Of a DNA stretch of 64,000 nucleotides, positions 42,559-52,264 are shown piece by piece. Each line of letters begins with the position of its first letter. Positions within the stretch are counted from its first letter, which is position 1. Made by a program: the position numbers and the translations under genes. This DNA comes from Thermoplasmatota archaeon (lineage in GTDB: Archaea > Thermoplasmatota > Thermoplasmata > Thermoplasmatales > Thermoplasmataceae), in the NCBI GenBank assembly GCA_023484805.1, contig JAMDAM010000009.1, positions 3,561-67,560 of the forward strand, in the 5' to 3' direction. The notes below the pieces were generated by a model. That model searched no databases and was not told the origin of the DNA. It was given only the letters and a program-made list of their open reading frames with translations.

Positions 42559-42999
42559 CTACTTCTGGTCCTGGTTGCTTCTGGTTTTAAGCCCAGATGT
42601 GTTGCTTTCTGGCTGAAATTCTCGAGACCTGTCCATTACGGCCTTCAGTTCACTGTTCTTGGCGTCGATGATCTTTGATATTAGGCCACTTGACCGCGCC
42701 TCATTCAAGATTTCCATTATGGCGTCGTTCCTGTCGTTGAAGAAGCCTTCTCTTATCGCAAAGGCCAGTGTCTGTTCCATGATTTTATCGAGTTTGAGGG
42801 AAACTTCGTTGGGCCCTAGTATCTTTATCCTATTCTGGGCAACGTAATCGAGTGCTGCAAACCTGATAAATTCGGAACGGCTTGAGAATCTTGGATTGCC
42901 TTTCAGAAAGCTGTCGATTTCCTCGACTTCGCTCTCCGTGATTCTGATTGTCAGCTTTGTGTCTTTGTTTTCCAACCTGGTTTGCCTCTTACAGTTCAT
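42559..42999 (-). CDS. Ribbon-helix-helix (CopG/CdrS-like) transcription regulator
   Basis: KLTIRI......ID......FSSRSEFIR.A; a second RHH-like unit G.F.DRNDAI; start 42999 (ATG) or 42975 (TTG). Confidence 0.8.
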   Translation of the reverse strand: MNCKRQTRLENKDTKLTIRITESEVEEIDSFLKGNPRFSSRSEFIRFAALDYVAQNRIKILGPNEVSLKLDKIMEQTLAFAIREGFFNDRNDAIMEILNEARSSGLISKIIDAKNSELKAVMDRSREFQPESNTSGLKTRSNQDQK

Positions 43000-43412
43000 A
43001 TATTTTACAATATATAAATGTTTTGTTTGTATGTACATTTTGGAAAATTTAGCAGGAAATAAGGAAGACATAATGTATACACTTCGCGACACGTGCTTTA
43101 CGTGTTTCTTAAGAGTTTTTATAAATACACTAACCTATTACAATGTCATTCTAGAAAATACTAGTACATTTATATAATTTATTATAAATGTTAATATGAT
43201 ACACTCAATATTCTTCTTTCTTGGTTTGAGTTATTCCAGTAAGTATCCTATAAATGACAAAACTCCAAACAATTGGCTTTCTGTAACAAATACCACGATG
43301 AACAACCCTTTTTAATAAACAGCTTCTCTGCGGGCCTTGTTCTTTTGCCAAGGAAGCGTTAAATTGGTTGTTTGGCATAGGTTATATAAACAGTTACCAT
43401 ATGGAATCATTT

Positions 43413-44030
43413 ATGTCAGATAATTATGAAGATTTACTCAAAAAGGCCTCGGGCATGCTTGCAAAATCAAACACAAGTGATAGCAGGCTTAAAATTCCTG
43501 AGCCTGACGTCATTTTTGAGGGGAAGTCGACAATAATAAGGAATTTTCTCGATATCACGGATCTTATAAACAGGGAGCCCCAGGTCATAGCTAAATACCT
43601 GATGAAGGAGTTTGGGATCGGGGTAACAATAAATGGAAGAAGACTCATAATAAACCGTAAATTATCTGCCTCGCAGATATCAAAGAAATTCAGCCAGTAC
43701 ATGGATTCCTACGTGAAGTGTTACGAATGCGGGTCACCGGACACTGTGATCCAGAGGGTCGGAAGAATAGATCTCCTTACCTGCAAGGCATGCGGCGCGC
43801 AACATCCGATCAAACTTACGAGAGACTCGAAGTCCAATGAAGCCGACCTTGAAGAGGGGAAGCAGTACAACATAACAATTAACGAAGTAGGGAAGTCTGG
43901 TGAAGGTAGAACAAGCTACAAGGGATATTCAATAATTGTTGCAGGTGGGAAGAAAGGGGAAAACCTGCGCGTAGTAATAAAGAAAATAAGGAACGGCACC
44001 GCCATAGCGGAAATAGTGTCAAAATCCTGA
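43413..44030 (+). CDS. eif2b: Translation initiation factor 2 subunit beta with C-terminal TRAM domain
   Basis: YEDLL, T.I.NF, CYECGSPDT, CKACGA, TRAM-like tail. Confidence 0.93.
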   Translation: MSDNYEDLLKKASGMLAKSNTSDSRLKIPEPDVIFEGKSTIIRNFLDITDLINREPQVIAKYLMKEFGIGVTINGRRLIINRKLSASQISKKFSQYMDSYVKCYECGSPDTVIQRVGRIDLLTCKACGAQHPIKLTRDSKSNEADLEEGKQYNITINEVGKSGEGRTSYKGYSIIVAGGKKGENLRVVIKKIRNGTAIAEIVSKS

Positions 44031-44031
44031 T

Positions 44032-44391
44032 ATGACCACGGACACAATCGTTGTTGATTCCAACGTCCTGATATATTCTGTCAGATACAAAACTGACATT
44101 GGGAAGCAGCTTTCTGCGATTGGCTTTAGTAGGATTATTGTACCTGATTGTGTGATTAATGAACTTCATGGTCTTTCCACTCGCATAAACGAGGCAAGGG
44201 CTGCTGTGACAATTGCCGCCAGGTTTGAGAAGGCCGCAGTGTCCGGAGCCTGCGATTCCGCAGTAATTGACCTTGCTCAGAGGTTGAAATGTGCCCTTCT
44301 GACAAATGACAGGGAGATGATCTTGACCGCAAAGGAGAAACTTCTGAACGTATACAGCCTGAAAAGAAAAAGCATAATTGGTGCCGTATGA
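44032..44391 (+). CDS. PIN-domain protein (Fcf1/VapC-like)
   Basis: VVDSN, V..EL, D..V, TND. Confidence 0.85.
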   Translation: MTTDTIVVDSNVLIYSVRYKTDIGKQLSAIGFSRIIVPDCVINELHGLSTRINEARAAVTIAARFEKAAVSGACDSAVIDLAQRLKCALLTNDREMILTAKEKLLNVYSLKRKSIIGAV

Positions 44392-44440
44392 TCTTGGCAT
44401 CAAATATCTCGCCCAAGGCGACCAATGGGAGGAAAAATCT

Positions 44441-45127
44441 ATGAGAGAAACTAGACAGCATGATCACCAGCTTTACTTCGGGCTGAAATACATAAAGGAA
44501 CTCATAGGGAATGACGTCAGGCGCAATATATCTTCGGGAGACCTTGCTGAAAAAATTGGAATAAGCCAGCAATCAGCATCCAGGCTAATGATAAGGCTCA
44601 ATTCAGAGAAATATATAGACAGGACTCTGGAAAACCGTAAGCAAAGCGTATCAGTTACAGAAAAAGGTCTGGATTTGCTTTTTACGGAACTTGATTCACT
44701 AACAAGGATACTCAATATGTCAGATACGATAGAAATTGAGGGAGAAGTGAGCAGCGGGCTTGGCGAGGGTAGATATTACATTTCGAGAAAATCCTATATC
44801 ATCCAGTTCCAGGAGAAACTTGGCTTTATCCCATTCCTTGGAACCCTGAACATCAGAGTGAGCCAGGAATTTCAAAACGAGTTGCGAAGGCTGAGAAATA
44901 GCTCCGGAATACATATAGATGGCTTTCAGACGGAGGACAGGACATTCGGAGCGGTCAAGGCGTTCAATGCAGACATAATGGGAATCCCGTGCGCTGCAAT
45001 AATGCCTGAAAGGACCGTATATAGCGATGTTCTCGAACTCATATCCAGTGATTATCTCAGGGAGAAACTCAAACTAAGTGACAATTCAAGAGTTCGCGTC
45101 AGGGTAGAACTGGGAGTTCGACAATAA
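44441..45127 (+). CDS. ribK: CTP-dependent riboflavin kinase with N-terminal HTH
   Basis: ISQQSASR HTH, SGLGEG.YY, PFLGTLN, LR..L.L.D. Confidence 0.93.
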   Translation: MRETRQHDHQLYFGLKYIKELIGNDVRRNISSGDLAEKIGISQQSASRLMIRLNSEKYIDRTLENRKQSVSVTEKGLDLLFTELDSLTRILNMSDTIEIEGEVSSGLGEGRYYISRKSYIIQFQEKLGFIPFLGTLNIRVSQEFQNELRRLRNSSGIHIDGFQTEDRTFGAVKAFNADIMGIPCAAIMPERTVYSDVLELISSDYLREKLKLSDNSRVRVRVELGVRQ

Positions 45128-45129
45128 AT

Positions 45130-45393
45130 TTAAGATCCAACGTCTATTTTTCCTGATTTAACTTCCTCAACAACCTTATTGAACCTTTCCGTGGCCTCTT
45201 CTTCTGAAAGCCCACACTCATAAAGTTCCATGTATATTTCATATGGCTCCTCGCTATCATAATTCTCCTGCCTGTCCTGGAAAATCTTAGTGTATCCGCA
45301 AGTCCTGTCACCATCAAAATTGAGCTTGTAATAAAGCTCAACGGTGACATTTTTCTCCAATATGTTCTCATTTTTTCTGACGAGTTCATTCAT
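45130..45393 (-). CDS. Small acidic hypothetical protein
   Basis: 87-aa ORF with GAGG RBS downstream of purL. Confidence 0.65.
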   Translation of the reverse strand: MNELVRKNENILEKNVTVELYYKLNFDGDRTCGYTKIFQDRQENYDSEEPYEIYMELYECGLSEEEATERFNKVVEEVKSGKIDVGS

Positions 45394-45413
45394 GTTAGAT
45401 CCTCAGTATGTGG

Positions 45414-47726
45414 TCATATATAATTGTCCAGTCCGTGATCCCATGCTTCCCTGAGTTCCTCTACCCCGAGATTCACGTAGTTCAGGCTCACGTCGTCTAT
45501 AATAACTCTGTCTCCACCAGTTCTGCCCAGCTTCACCAGGTTGACATCAGTAAAGCACTTTGAAAACTCCTCATAGTCTTTTTCCTTAACCTCGGCAATT
45601 ATCCTGTTTCCAGCTTCAGAGAATAATTTCTGCGTTATCCGGCCATGTGATACATCACTGAGGTCTATTGAAAAACCTATCCCTCTCCCGAATGACATCT
45701 CGAATGCAGTCATTGCAATGCCCCCTCCTGATACATCGTGGGCCGATACCACCAATCCGCGGCGGAAGGCTGCTATGAATCCAGAATAAATCCTGGATAG
45801 CTCGTCGACATCGACACTTGGCGCATCGTATGAAGTGACACCGCTATAAATGCTGTAGAGGCTTCCAGATAGATCTGGAGGGCTGTTACCGATGAGCACC
45901 ACAATGTTTCCGGCACCCTTGAATTCTGAACTCAGTGCCGCTGTAACATTCTCACATATCCCAGTGAAGAGGATTGTGGGAGTCGGGATGATGCTGGAGC
46001 TGCTCGATCCATTATACAGACTAACGTTCCCTGCGACAACCGGCAGCTTGAATTTCCTGCAAAAATCGCCAATGGCACGTACCGATTCGACGAACTCTCC
46101 CATCGAATCCGGTTTTTCTGGGTCCCCAAAGTTCAGGGAATCTACGATCGAATGCGGGATCGATCCGGAAACCACTATATTCCTGAAGCCTTCAGAGAGA
46201 GCCGCAAGAGTGCCGTTATAAGGGTTCAGCGAGACCATCCTCGGTGCGGTTCCTATGGACAGGGCAAGCCCCTTCATGCTCTCTTCAAGCGGCTTTATTA
46301 TGGCGCAGTCGGAATGAGTCTCATGGTTTGGAAACCCTGTTAGTGGTTTAGATATTGTATTACCCCTGACGGTGAAATCGTACTGTCTAATAACCCTGAA
46401 CCTGGAACAGACATTTGGATCTGATGCGAACTTCAACATCAGTTCGTTAAAATTCTGCGGTTCCCTTGGCAAGGCGGTTTCCTTCCTGTCGACTACTTTT
46501 GTTCGGTAAGGCCTGCAGTACATGGGACCAGAAGTCAGGAAGGGCAGGCTGAGGTCCATCTCTTTTCGTTCCCCGTTGTAAATAACCAAGTTGTTTCCGT
46601 CTTTAACCGTCCCTATTACCGAAAACTCAATATCCCACTTCTTGAAAATCTGCGCAATCCTGTCAAGATTTTCCATTGATACTGCAAGAAGCATCCTTTC
46701 CTGGCTTTCGCTGATCCAGATTTCCCATGAATCCATGTCGGACTCCTTGAGCAGAACGTTCTCAAGGTGTATTTCTGCGGATGTACCACCGGCATAGCAC
46801 ATCTCACCGACCGAGCTCGACATTCCGCCGCCGCCAAGATCCTTCATCCCATCGATAAGCCCCTGATCAACAGCCTCCAGTATGGAGTGAATGAGCGGTT
46901 CCTTAATTATAGGATTTCCAAGCTGCACAGCCCTTTTGTTTGACTCCTTTTCGCTTATCCTCACGGACGCAAAATTGACACCATGAATACCATCCCTGCC
47001 GGTTCTTCCTCCGGCGAGGATCAGCAGATCTCCTACTTTCTCGATCTTGCTTCTGATTATGTTATCTTTCCGGGCGATTCCTATGCATCCGGCGTTTACC
47101 AGCGGATTGTTGTCATATGAATTGTGGAAATCCACTGATCCTGCGACATTGGGTATTCCTACCCGATTTCCATAATCTCTGATTCCACCGACTATACCAT
47201 TGAAGGTGAATCGCTGGGTTAACCCATGATCGTTTGTCGTGTTTTCCTTGATGTCGCCCAAGTAAATCGAATCCAGGAGTGCGACAGGCTGAGCACCCAT
47301 GCAAAGAATATCACGTATAATTCCCCCGATCCCAGTAGCTGCGCCACCATACGGCTCTATTGCGCTGGGGTGATTGTGGCTCTCCATCTTGACAACATAG
47401 GCATGATCGTTATCAAATTCCACGACCCCCGCGTCGTCCTCCATTGCCAATATGGTATAATCTGTCTTTAAACCTGAAAGAAATTTCTTGAGATAGAGCT
47501 TGGATGACTTGTAGCAGCAGTGTTCACTCCACGCCTGTGCCATGGCTTGAATCTCGAGCATGGTTGGGTTTCTTCCCAGATCCCTGAAGTAATGTGCCAG
47601 CATTATCATCTCATCCCTGTTCAGGGACAGAGACAGATCTTCACTTAGTTTCTCAAGACCTTTGACAGGCGCACCTATGAGGTCCACCTCTTCAGTCTGG
47701 ACTGTTTTTCTGGGCCTTCCGGGCAT
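45414..47726 (-). CDS. purL: Phosphoribosylformylglycinamidine synthase subunit PurL
   Basis: WSEHCCYK, ESHNHPS, TGRDGIHG, SESQERM, HDVSGGG. Confidence 0.98.
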   Translation of the reverse strand: MPGRPRKTVQTEEVDLIGAPVKGLEKLSEDLSLSLNRDEMIMLAHYFRDLGRNPTMLEIQAMAQAWSEHCCYKSSKLYLKKFLSGLKTDYTILAMEDDAGVVEFDNDHAYVVKMESHNHPSAIEPYGGAATGIGGIIRDILCMGAQPVALLDSIYLGDIKENTTNDHGLTQRFTFNGIVGGIRDYGNRVGIPNVAGSVDFHNSYDNNPLVNAGCIGIARKDNIIRSKIEKVGDLLILAGGRTGRDGIHGVNFASVRISEKESNKRAVQLGNPIIKEPLIHSILEAVDQGLIDGMKDLGGGGMSSSVGEMCYAGGTSAEIHLENVLLKESDMDSWEIWISESQERMLLAVSMENLDRIAQIFKKWDIEFSVIGTVKDGNNLVIYNGERKEMDLSLPFLTSGPMYCRPYRTKVVDRKETALPREPQNFNELMLKFASDPNVCSRFRVIRQYDFTVRGNTISKPLTGFPNHETHSDCAIIKPLEESMKGLALSIGTAPRMVSLNPYNGTLAALSEGFRNIVVSGSIPHSIVDSLNFGDPEKPDSMGEFVESVRAIGDFCRKFKLPVVAGNVSLYNGSSSSSIIPTPTILFTGICENVTAALSSEFKGAGNIVVLIGNSPPDLSGSLYSIYSGVTSYDAPSVDVDELSRIYSGFIAAFRRGLVVSAHDVSGGGIAMTAFEMSFGRGIGFSIDLSDVSHGRITQKLFSEAGNRIIAEVKEKDYEEFSKCFTDVNLVKLGRTGGDRVIIDDVSLNYVNLGVEELREAWDHGLDNYI

Positions 47727-47727
47727 G

Positions 47728-47973
47728 TTAATCACTTATCTTCTGGATTGTAAATTTCTGTATGACTGGATTATATAGCAGCTTGTCTGAAATTTCCCTT
47801 ACAGATTTCATTGCTTCCTTCTCGCTTCCGGTCAATGAGAACTCAAAAGACCTTGAGATCTTTACGGAATCCACATTGTCAAACCCTATGCTCTTGAGAT
47901 TTTTAATAACGGTTTCCGATTCGGGATCTTCCACTCCATCAAGATATTCTATCCTGACAAGTATCTTAGGCAT
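47728..47973 (-). CDS. purS: FGAM synthase subunit PurS
   Basis: V.DPE..T, LL.NPVI; upstream of purL. Confidence 0.92.
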   Translation of the reverse strand: MPKILVRIEYLDGVEDPESETVIKNLKSIGFDNVDSVKISRSFEFSLTGSEKEAMKSVREISDKLLYNPVIQKFTIQKISD

Positions 47974-48015
47974 GGATGGAAAATGCAAAGGATGCATTAA
48001 ACCTGTCTGTTCATA

Positions 48016-48753
48016 TCAGGACTTAATAGCCTCAATAATGGGCTTAAGGGTACCATAGACATCATCGGATTTCTCCGCAATAGTACCTGTAACTATTATA
48101 TCTGCTCCTGATGATGCAATCTCCCTTGCGCTTTCTGCGTTTCTTATGCCTCCTCCCACCAGGAGTGGTATGTCGATATTTGGCCTGACGGCAGATACTA
48201 GGGCTGGAGATACATAACTGGATGCACCACTTCCAGCTTCGAAGTAGATGAGCTTCATGCCGAAAAACTGGGCTGCAAGTGCATAGGAAAGCGCCTGATC
48301 ACTATCTTCCCTCCCTATGAGATCGACTTTTCCCACCTTTCCGACTGTCATTCCTGGTTCGAAGACGAGATATCCCATAGGAATGATTTCTAAATTGAAT
48401 TTCCTGAGAAACTGCGAAGCCTTCATCTGGTGCCTGACGATGAATTCCGGATCCGTTGAATTTAGCAGAGACATGAAATAAATTGCGTCAGCATACTTCG
48501 AGATCATGCTTGAAGACCCAGGGAAAATTATAACCTTGGTATCTGTACGCTTCTTTATCTCGATGATGCATTCATCCATCACGCTCTGAGTGATGCCTGT
48601 AGATCCCCCAATCATGAAATAATCTGTTCCTGCCTTTTCTGCATCTGCCGCTATCGAAGAGGATTTTTTAAGGCTTTGAGATGCGGGATCGATCAGTGTC
48701 ATGTGAATCTTTTCCTTCCCGGATTTTATCATTATCTCTTCCAATACATTCAT
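48016..48753 (-). CDS. Geranylgeranylglyceryl phosphate synthase
   Basis: HMTLIDP, GGST, FPG, YFEAGSGA, VGGGIR, VTGT. Confidence 0.93.
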   Translation of the reverse strand: MNVLEEIMIKSGKEKIHMTLIDPASQSLKKSSSIAADAEKAGTDYFMIGGSTGITQSVMDECIIEIKKRTDTKVIIFPGSSSMISKYADAIYFMSLLNSTDPEFIVRHQMKASQFLRKFNLEIIPMGYLVFEPGMTVGKVGKVDLIGREDSDQALSYALAAQFFGMKLIYFEAGSGASSYVSPALVSAVRPNIDIPLLVGGGIRNAESAREIASSGADIIVTGTIAEKSDDVYGTLKPIIEAIKS

Positions 48754-48768
48754 TTCTTCACCATTCCG

Positions 48769-49632
48769 CTATATTATAGTCGTTGGAACCACTATATTTG
48801 CCGTGATACCACCTATGACAAAAGCTGCAAGGGCAAGTATCATTGCAATTTTGCTCAGCTTCTCGTTCCTTTCCGGATCATTTACAATGTTATGTATGGA
48901 CATAACGAATATAATGTCTGCAATAGAGACCGCAACAAGATAGGGATATGAAAATATTCCAATCAGGAACGGCAAAGGGGAGATGACTATGGCTAGTATC
49001 ATGCTTCCTGAGGCAACTTTTGAAGCAGCATGAGCCCCATGAACCTTCGGGAACGTTGTTCTCCCGATGTCTCCCTTGATGTCTTCCACATCCTTGATAA
49101 TCTCACGCGAGAAATTTGACAGGGACGCTAGTATGAAAAGTAAAATCATCGGTGACACTGCACCAACTGCCATGCCACCATATATGAATATCAATCCTAC
49201 AAGTACGCTTACAGTTGCATTTCCGGACAGACCAAGATTCTTTGTTCTCGTTTCATACGATATCAGAAGAAGTTCCGCCGCTATCACTATGACCAGAATG
49301 AATGGGGAATAGACCCCAATTAATGTGTAAGGTATTACTAGTGCAATTGGCAGTATAAACACGAAATAGGCGTATATCCTAGCTGACCTTTTGGCAATCT
49401 GCCCTGATGGTATGGGGCGGTTTGGGTGGTTAATCATGTCTGTCTCGCTATCCAGAATATCATTCAGGATGTTGCCTGCTGATGTAACAAGGAACACTGA
49501 AACTGAAGCGATCAATACTGGAAGAACGTGCTGGGGCAACGCATATCCTACGCCTATGAGTGCGGATATCCATGTCGCAAGTAGTCCCATCAGACCATTC
49601 ACTGGTCTCAGTATGCGAATCCAGGGATTCAT
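48769..49632 (-). CDS. Digeranylgeranylglyceryl phosphate synthase (UbiA family)
   Basis: RP.N, ND..D...D.INHPNRPIPSG, REIIKD.ED..GD; adjacent to GGGP synthase. Confidence 0.9.
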   Translation of the reverse strand: MNPWIRILRPVNGLMGLLATWISALIGVGYALPQHVLPVLIASVSVFLVTSAGNILNDILDSETDMINHPNRPIPSGQIAKRSARIYAYFVFILPIALVIPYTLIGVYSPFILVIVIAAELLLISYETRTKNLGLSGNATVSVLVGLIFIYGGMAVGAVSPMILLFILASLSNFSREIIKDVEDIKGDIGRTTFPKVHGAHAASKVASGSMILAIVISPLPFLIGIFSYPYLVAVSIADIIFVMSIHNIVNDPERNEKLSKIAMILALAAFVIGGITANIVVPTTII

Positions 49633-49774
49633 ATATTGCTTGGGTAAGGCTACTGCTTATAAATTATTTTGATCTGTCTGCACTCCTTACGAAATTTTGA
49701 GCAGGAAAGCCACTTAGCCTGCGATGTAGATGAAATCGCTGAGGGTTTATTAGAAAATAAAGAATTAATAAAAA

Positions 49775-49927
49775 TAGGGGAGGGCATTCTCGAATTAATG
49801 CCCGTGGAAATCGATACCTCCGTAACCGACCTGCCCAGGGGCAGGGGGCAACTCCTGGGGTGGAATTGGGATCGAGTATGGCCTGAGAATCAGTAACCTC
49901 CGATCGCTTGCGATGGAGAGGATGTCA
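49775..49927 (+). mobile_element. IS200/IS605 tnpB 3'-end / omegaRNA-like relic
   Basis: Encodes IGEGILELMPVE (TnpB tail-like); several hairpins; subterminal hairpin followed by GAGGATGTCA. Confidence 0.55.
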
Positions 49928-49935
49928 GCAAAGGC

Positions 49936-50979
49936 TTACTTCAGTACAGATATCACATCTTCGACACTGCAGTTGCTCTTTATCCCGGTGTTGGAGAACT
50001 CAGTCCTTCCTGCTGTCCAGCCGGCATCCCGCAGTCTGGATATGACTGCATTTATTCTGGGCGTCTCGATGTGAATATACTGTGAAATTCCAGTGAGATC
50101 CTTGAACAGGAGAGAAACATCCTCGAACGGCATCATGCCCAGATACTTGCCCACTTCCTTGCTGGCAATTGAATCAGAGAGTTCCGCAATTCTTTCCGTG
50201 GTTTCCTGATCGTTTATCCTGCCAGTCCAGACAGGACCATCATCAAGGTTCGGGTAAATCCCCCAGAGGGTATGCCTCTTGTTTACGTACCCGATCTGAT
50301 CAATAAGCCCATCCGCCTTTTTCACCCCCTTTTCAACCCTGAAGAAAAGCCTGTAAAAATGAGAATTCCAGAACGAGATCATTGGGGACGCTGCACGGTC
50401 AAAGACAGCTGCACGATGTACTATGTACGAGATCAGGAGCCTTATCCCCATTTCATGCCTGAAGGTGTCGTTTGTAATATTTGCACCGTACCGACGCCTG
50501 GTCTTAGCCGGAACAGACCCTGTGAGAGAGCTGAGATCGGTTGCAGTAAAACCAACATATCCACCCGGCTTTACTGACGTAACTGCCCTGTCGACATAGG
50601 GAACGACCGAACCGTATGGATCAATGTCTATGTAATCGAAAACGTCTTCATCACAAGCCTGATAAAACCCCGTATTATAGGACTTTATTTCCAGATTGTT
50701 CATTGCAATATTGCGTAAAATATACTCATATGCCTTTGGGCTCTGTTCCGAAATTACGACGTTCGCACCAGTCTCCCCAGCCAGTCTGATTCCTCTTACT
50801 CCAGTTCCACCGAATGCGTCAAGCGCCATTTTCGGCCTGACGGCCTTTACAAAAAGGATGGAGAAATCCCTGTTCAGCTTCTGTGAAAGGTTGTAAAAGC
50901 CCGGCATCCTCTTTCCGGGTCCGCGGATGACGTAATCGTCCGGGACCTCCAGTTTTGCAGACTCTTCCTGAATTAGCAA
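49936..50979 (-). CDS. trm1: tRNA (guanine-26,N2)-dimethyltransferase
   Basis: FYN....NRD, GTGVRGIR, DIDPYGS, TATD, E.GIR.L. Confidence 0.92.
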   Translation of the reverse strand: MLIQEESAKLEVPDDYVIRGPGKRMPGFYNLSQKLNRDFSILFVKAVRPKMALDAFGGTGVRGIRLAGETGANVVISEQSPKAYEYILRNIAMNNLEIKSYNTGFYQACDEDVFDYIDIDPYGSVVPYVDRAVTSVKPGGYVGFTATDLSSLTGSVPAKTRRRYGANITNDTFRHEMGIRLLISYIVHRAAVFDRAASPMISFWNSHFYRLFFRVEKGVKKADGLIDQIGYVNKRHTLWGIYPNLDDGPVWTGRINDQETTERIAELSDSIASKEVGKYLGMMPFEDVSLLFKDLTGISQYIHIETPRINAVISRLRDAGWTAGRTEFSNTGIKSNCSVEDVISVLK

Positions 50980-51522
50980 TTATGGCCCTTCTTCTCCCTT
51001 CAATACCCGCATGACTTTAAATGGGAGAATGTTCCTGTTGATCGGCGTGATATCAAAAACCCTGATCCCCTCAAGACTCCTTATTTCCTGCAGCACGGGA
51101 TTCCTGGATTTCTTGTGGAGTGTAACTATGAGGGGTTTTGGTGACTTGAGCGTCTCCTCGATCTCTTTCTGAACGTTCTTTGTCGCATTCTCTAGCTTTC
51201 CAATTTCATCTATAACTATTATGTCGGCGTTTTCTCTTGCCTTCTGCAGGCTGGGAATGAGAATTTCTTCGAGTATCCTGGTGTCAACCCCAAGTTTATC
51301 AATCTTTACACGCGAGGTGATCACAGTGTCTGCAAACACGGCTTTCTTCTTGGTGAAGATATCGAATAACGAATATCCGGTCAGCTTGGAATTATTGACA
51401 ATCTCTGTCACCAGCAGACCCTGAACCTCAAGCCCGTCCTTCTGCAACATATCAATAATCTTCCTGAGTGCTTCAGCCTTTATGGAGCCTACAGGACCCG
51501 TTATACCTACTTTGACTGCCAT
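50980..51522 (-). CDS. NTPase (THEP1/NTPase_1 family)
   Basis: ITGPVGSIK P-loop variant, IVIDEIGKLE, TLH, NR. Confidence 0.85.
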   Translation of the reverse strand: MAVKVGITGPVGSIKAEALRKIIDMLQKDGLEVQGLLVTEIVNNSKLTGYSLFDIFTKKKAVFADTVITSRVKIDKLGVDTRILEEILIPSLQKARENADIIVIDEIGKLENATKNVQKEIEETLKSPKPLIVTLHKKSRNPVLQEIRSLEGIRVFDITPINRNILPFKVMRVLKGEEGP

Positions 51523-51530
51523 TTTATCCT

Positions 51531-51893
51531 TCAACCATCCAGATGCATGAGCGGGTAATCCATCTCCGGTATGTATTCAAGTCTCGCCACAACCTCTTCT
51601 CTTCCATATTTTATGCTGAGCTTAACCTTGAGCATCTCACCAGACAGTGTAATGTACTTGTAGATTCCCTGTCTCTTCTTTACCATCTCTGGGTCAATGC
51701 TAACCTCTGCACTTTGTACAAACGGTTGAACCATGACACTCTCCCTTATTGCATTCTCCAGCGAGTTCAGGTTGCTCAGGTTTATCGGTACCCCAACGTA
51801 TTGATGGTATACTGTTCCCAATTTGATTCCCGCCTCAAAAATAGCCCGTTCCCTCTCAGTGCAGTTGAAATAATTTGCGGCAGGATCGTGCAT
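51531..51893 (-). CDS. mptD: Archaeal dihydroneopterin aldolase
   Basis: RERAIFEAGIKLG..YHQ..G.P, QP.V, YPLM. Confidence 0.85.
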   Translation of the reverse strand: MHDPAANYFNCTERERAIFEAGIKLGTVYHQYVGVPINLSNLNSLENAIRESVMVQPFVQSAEVSIDPEMVKKRQGIYKYITLSGEMLKVKLSIKYGREEVVARLEYIPEMDYPLMHLDG

Positions 51894-51991
51894 AGATGAC
51901 GTGATCCCTGAACAATAGTTAAATATATTGGTAATCGTAGATTAATGGTATCGAGCCAGATCGGTGCATAGAAACATATATTTAGCGAATT

Positions 51992-52264
51992 GTGTTTCAG
52001 CGTCTGGTAACTGTTTTGCCTGATGATAATAAAATCTCGAAAACCCTGAGGAGCGTTCCAGGATATGTTACTGTTCAAAATATACTCAGATTCATAGGCC
52101 TGGCACTGATAGTTATAGCTGCAGGCTTCTATATCGGGTGGTCCATAATATATAATACCTGGACGGATATCGGACTTTACTCGTTTGTTGCTCCAGTCTT
52201 TGTATTCGGGATATTAACTCTTATGTACGTCCAGGAAAAATACCACGGAAGCACAGAGAACTAG
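51992..52264 (+). CDS. Small membrane protein (2 TM; start uncertain)
   Basis: Two hydrophobic helices flanking WTDIGLYS. Confidence 0.65.
   Translation: MFQRLVTVLPDDNKISKTLRSVPGYVTVQNILRFIGLALIVIAAGFYIGWSIIYNTWTDIGLYSFVAPVFVFGILTLMYVQEKYHGSTEN

Noticed and set aside
43000-43330. Replication origin
   Set aside because: AT-rich, but no adjacent orc1/cdc6 and no recognisable ORB repeats with G-strings
49669-49896. 75-aa ORF as a real protein
   Set aside because: Better explained as read-through of a tnpB tail/omegaRNA relic; TTG start without clear signals
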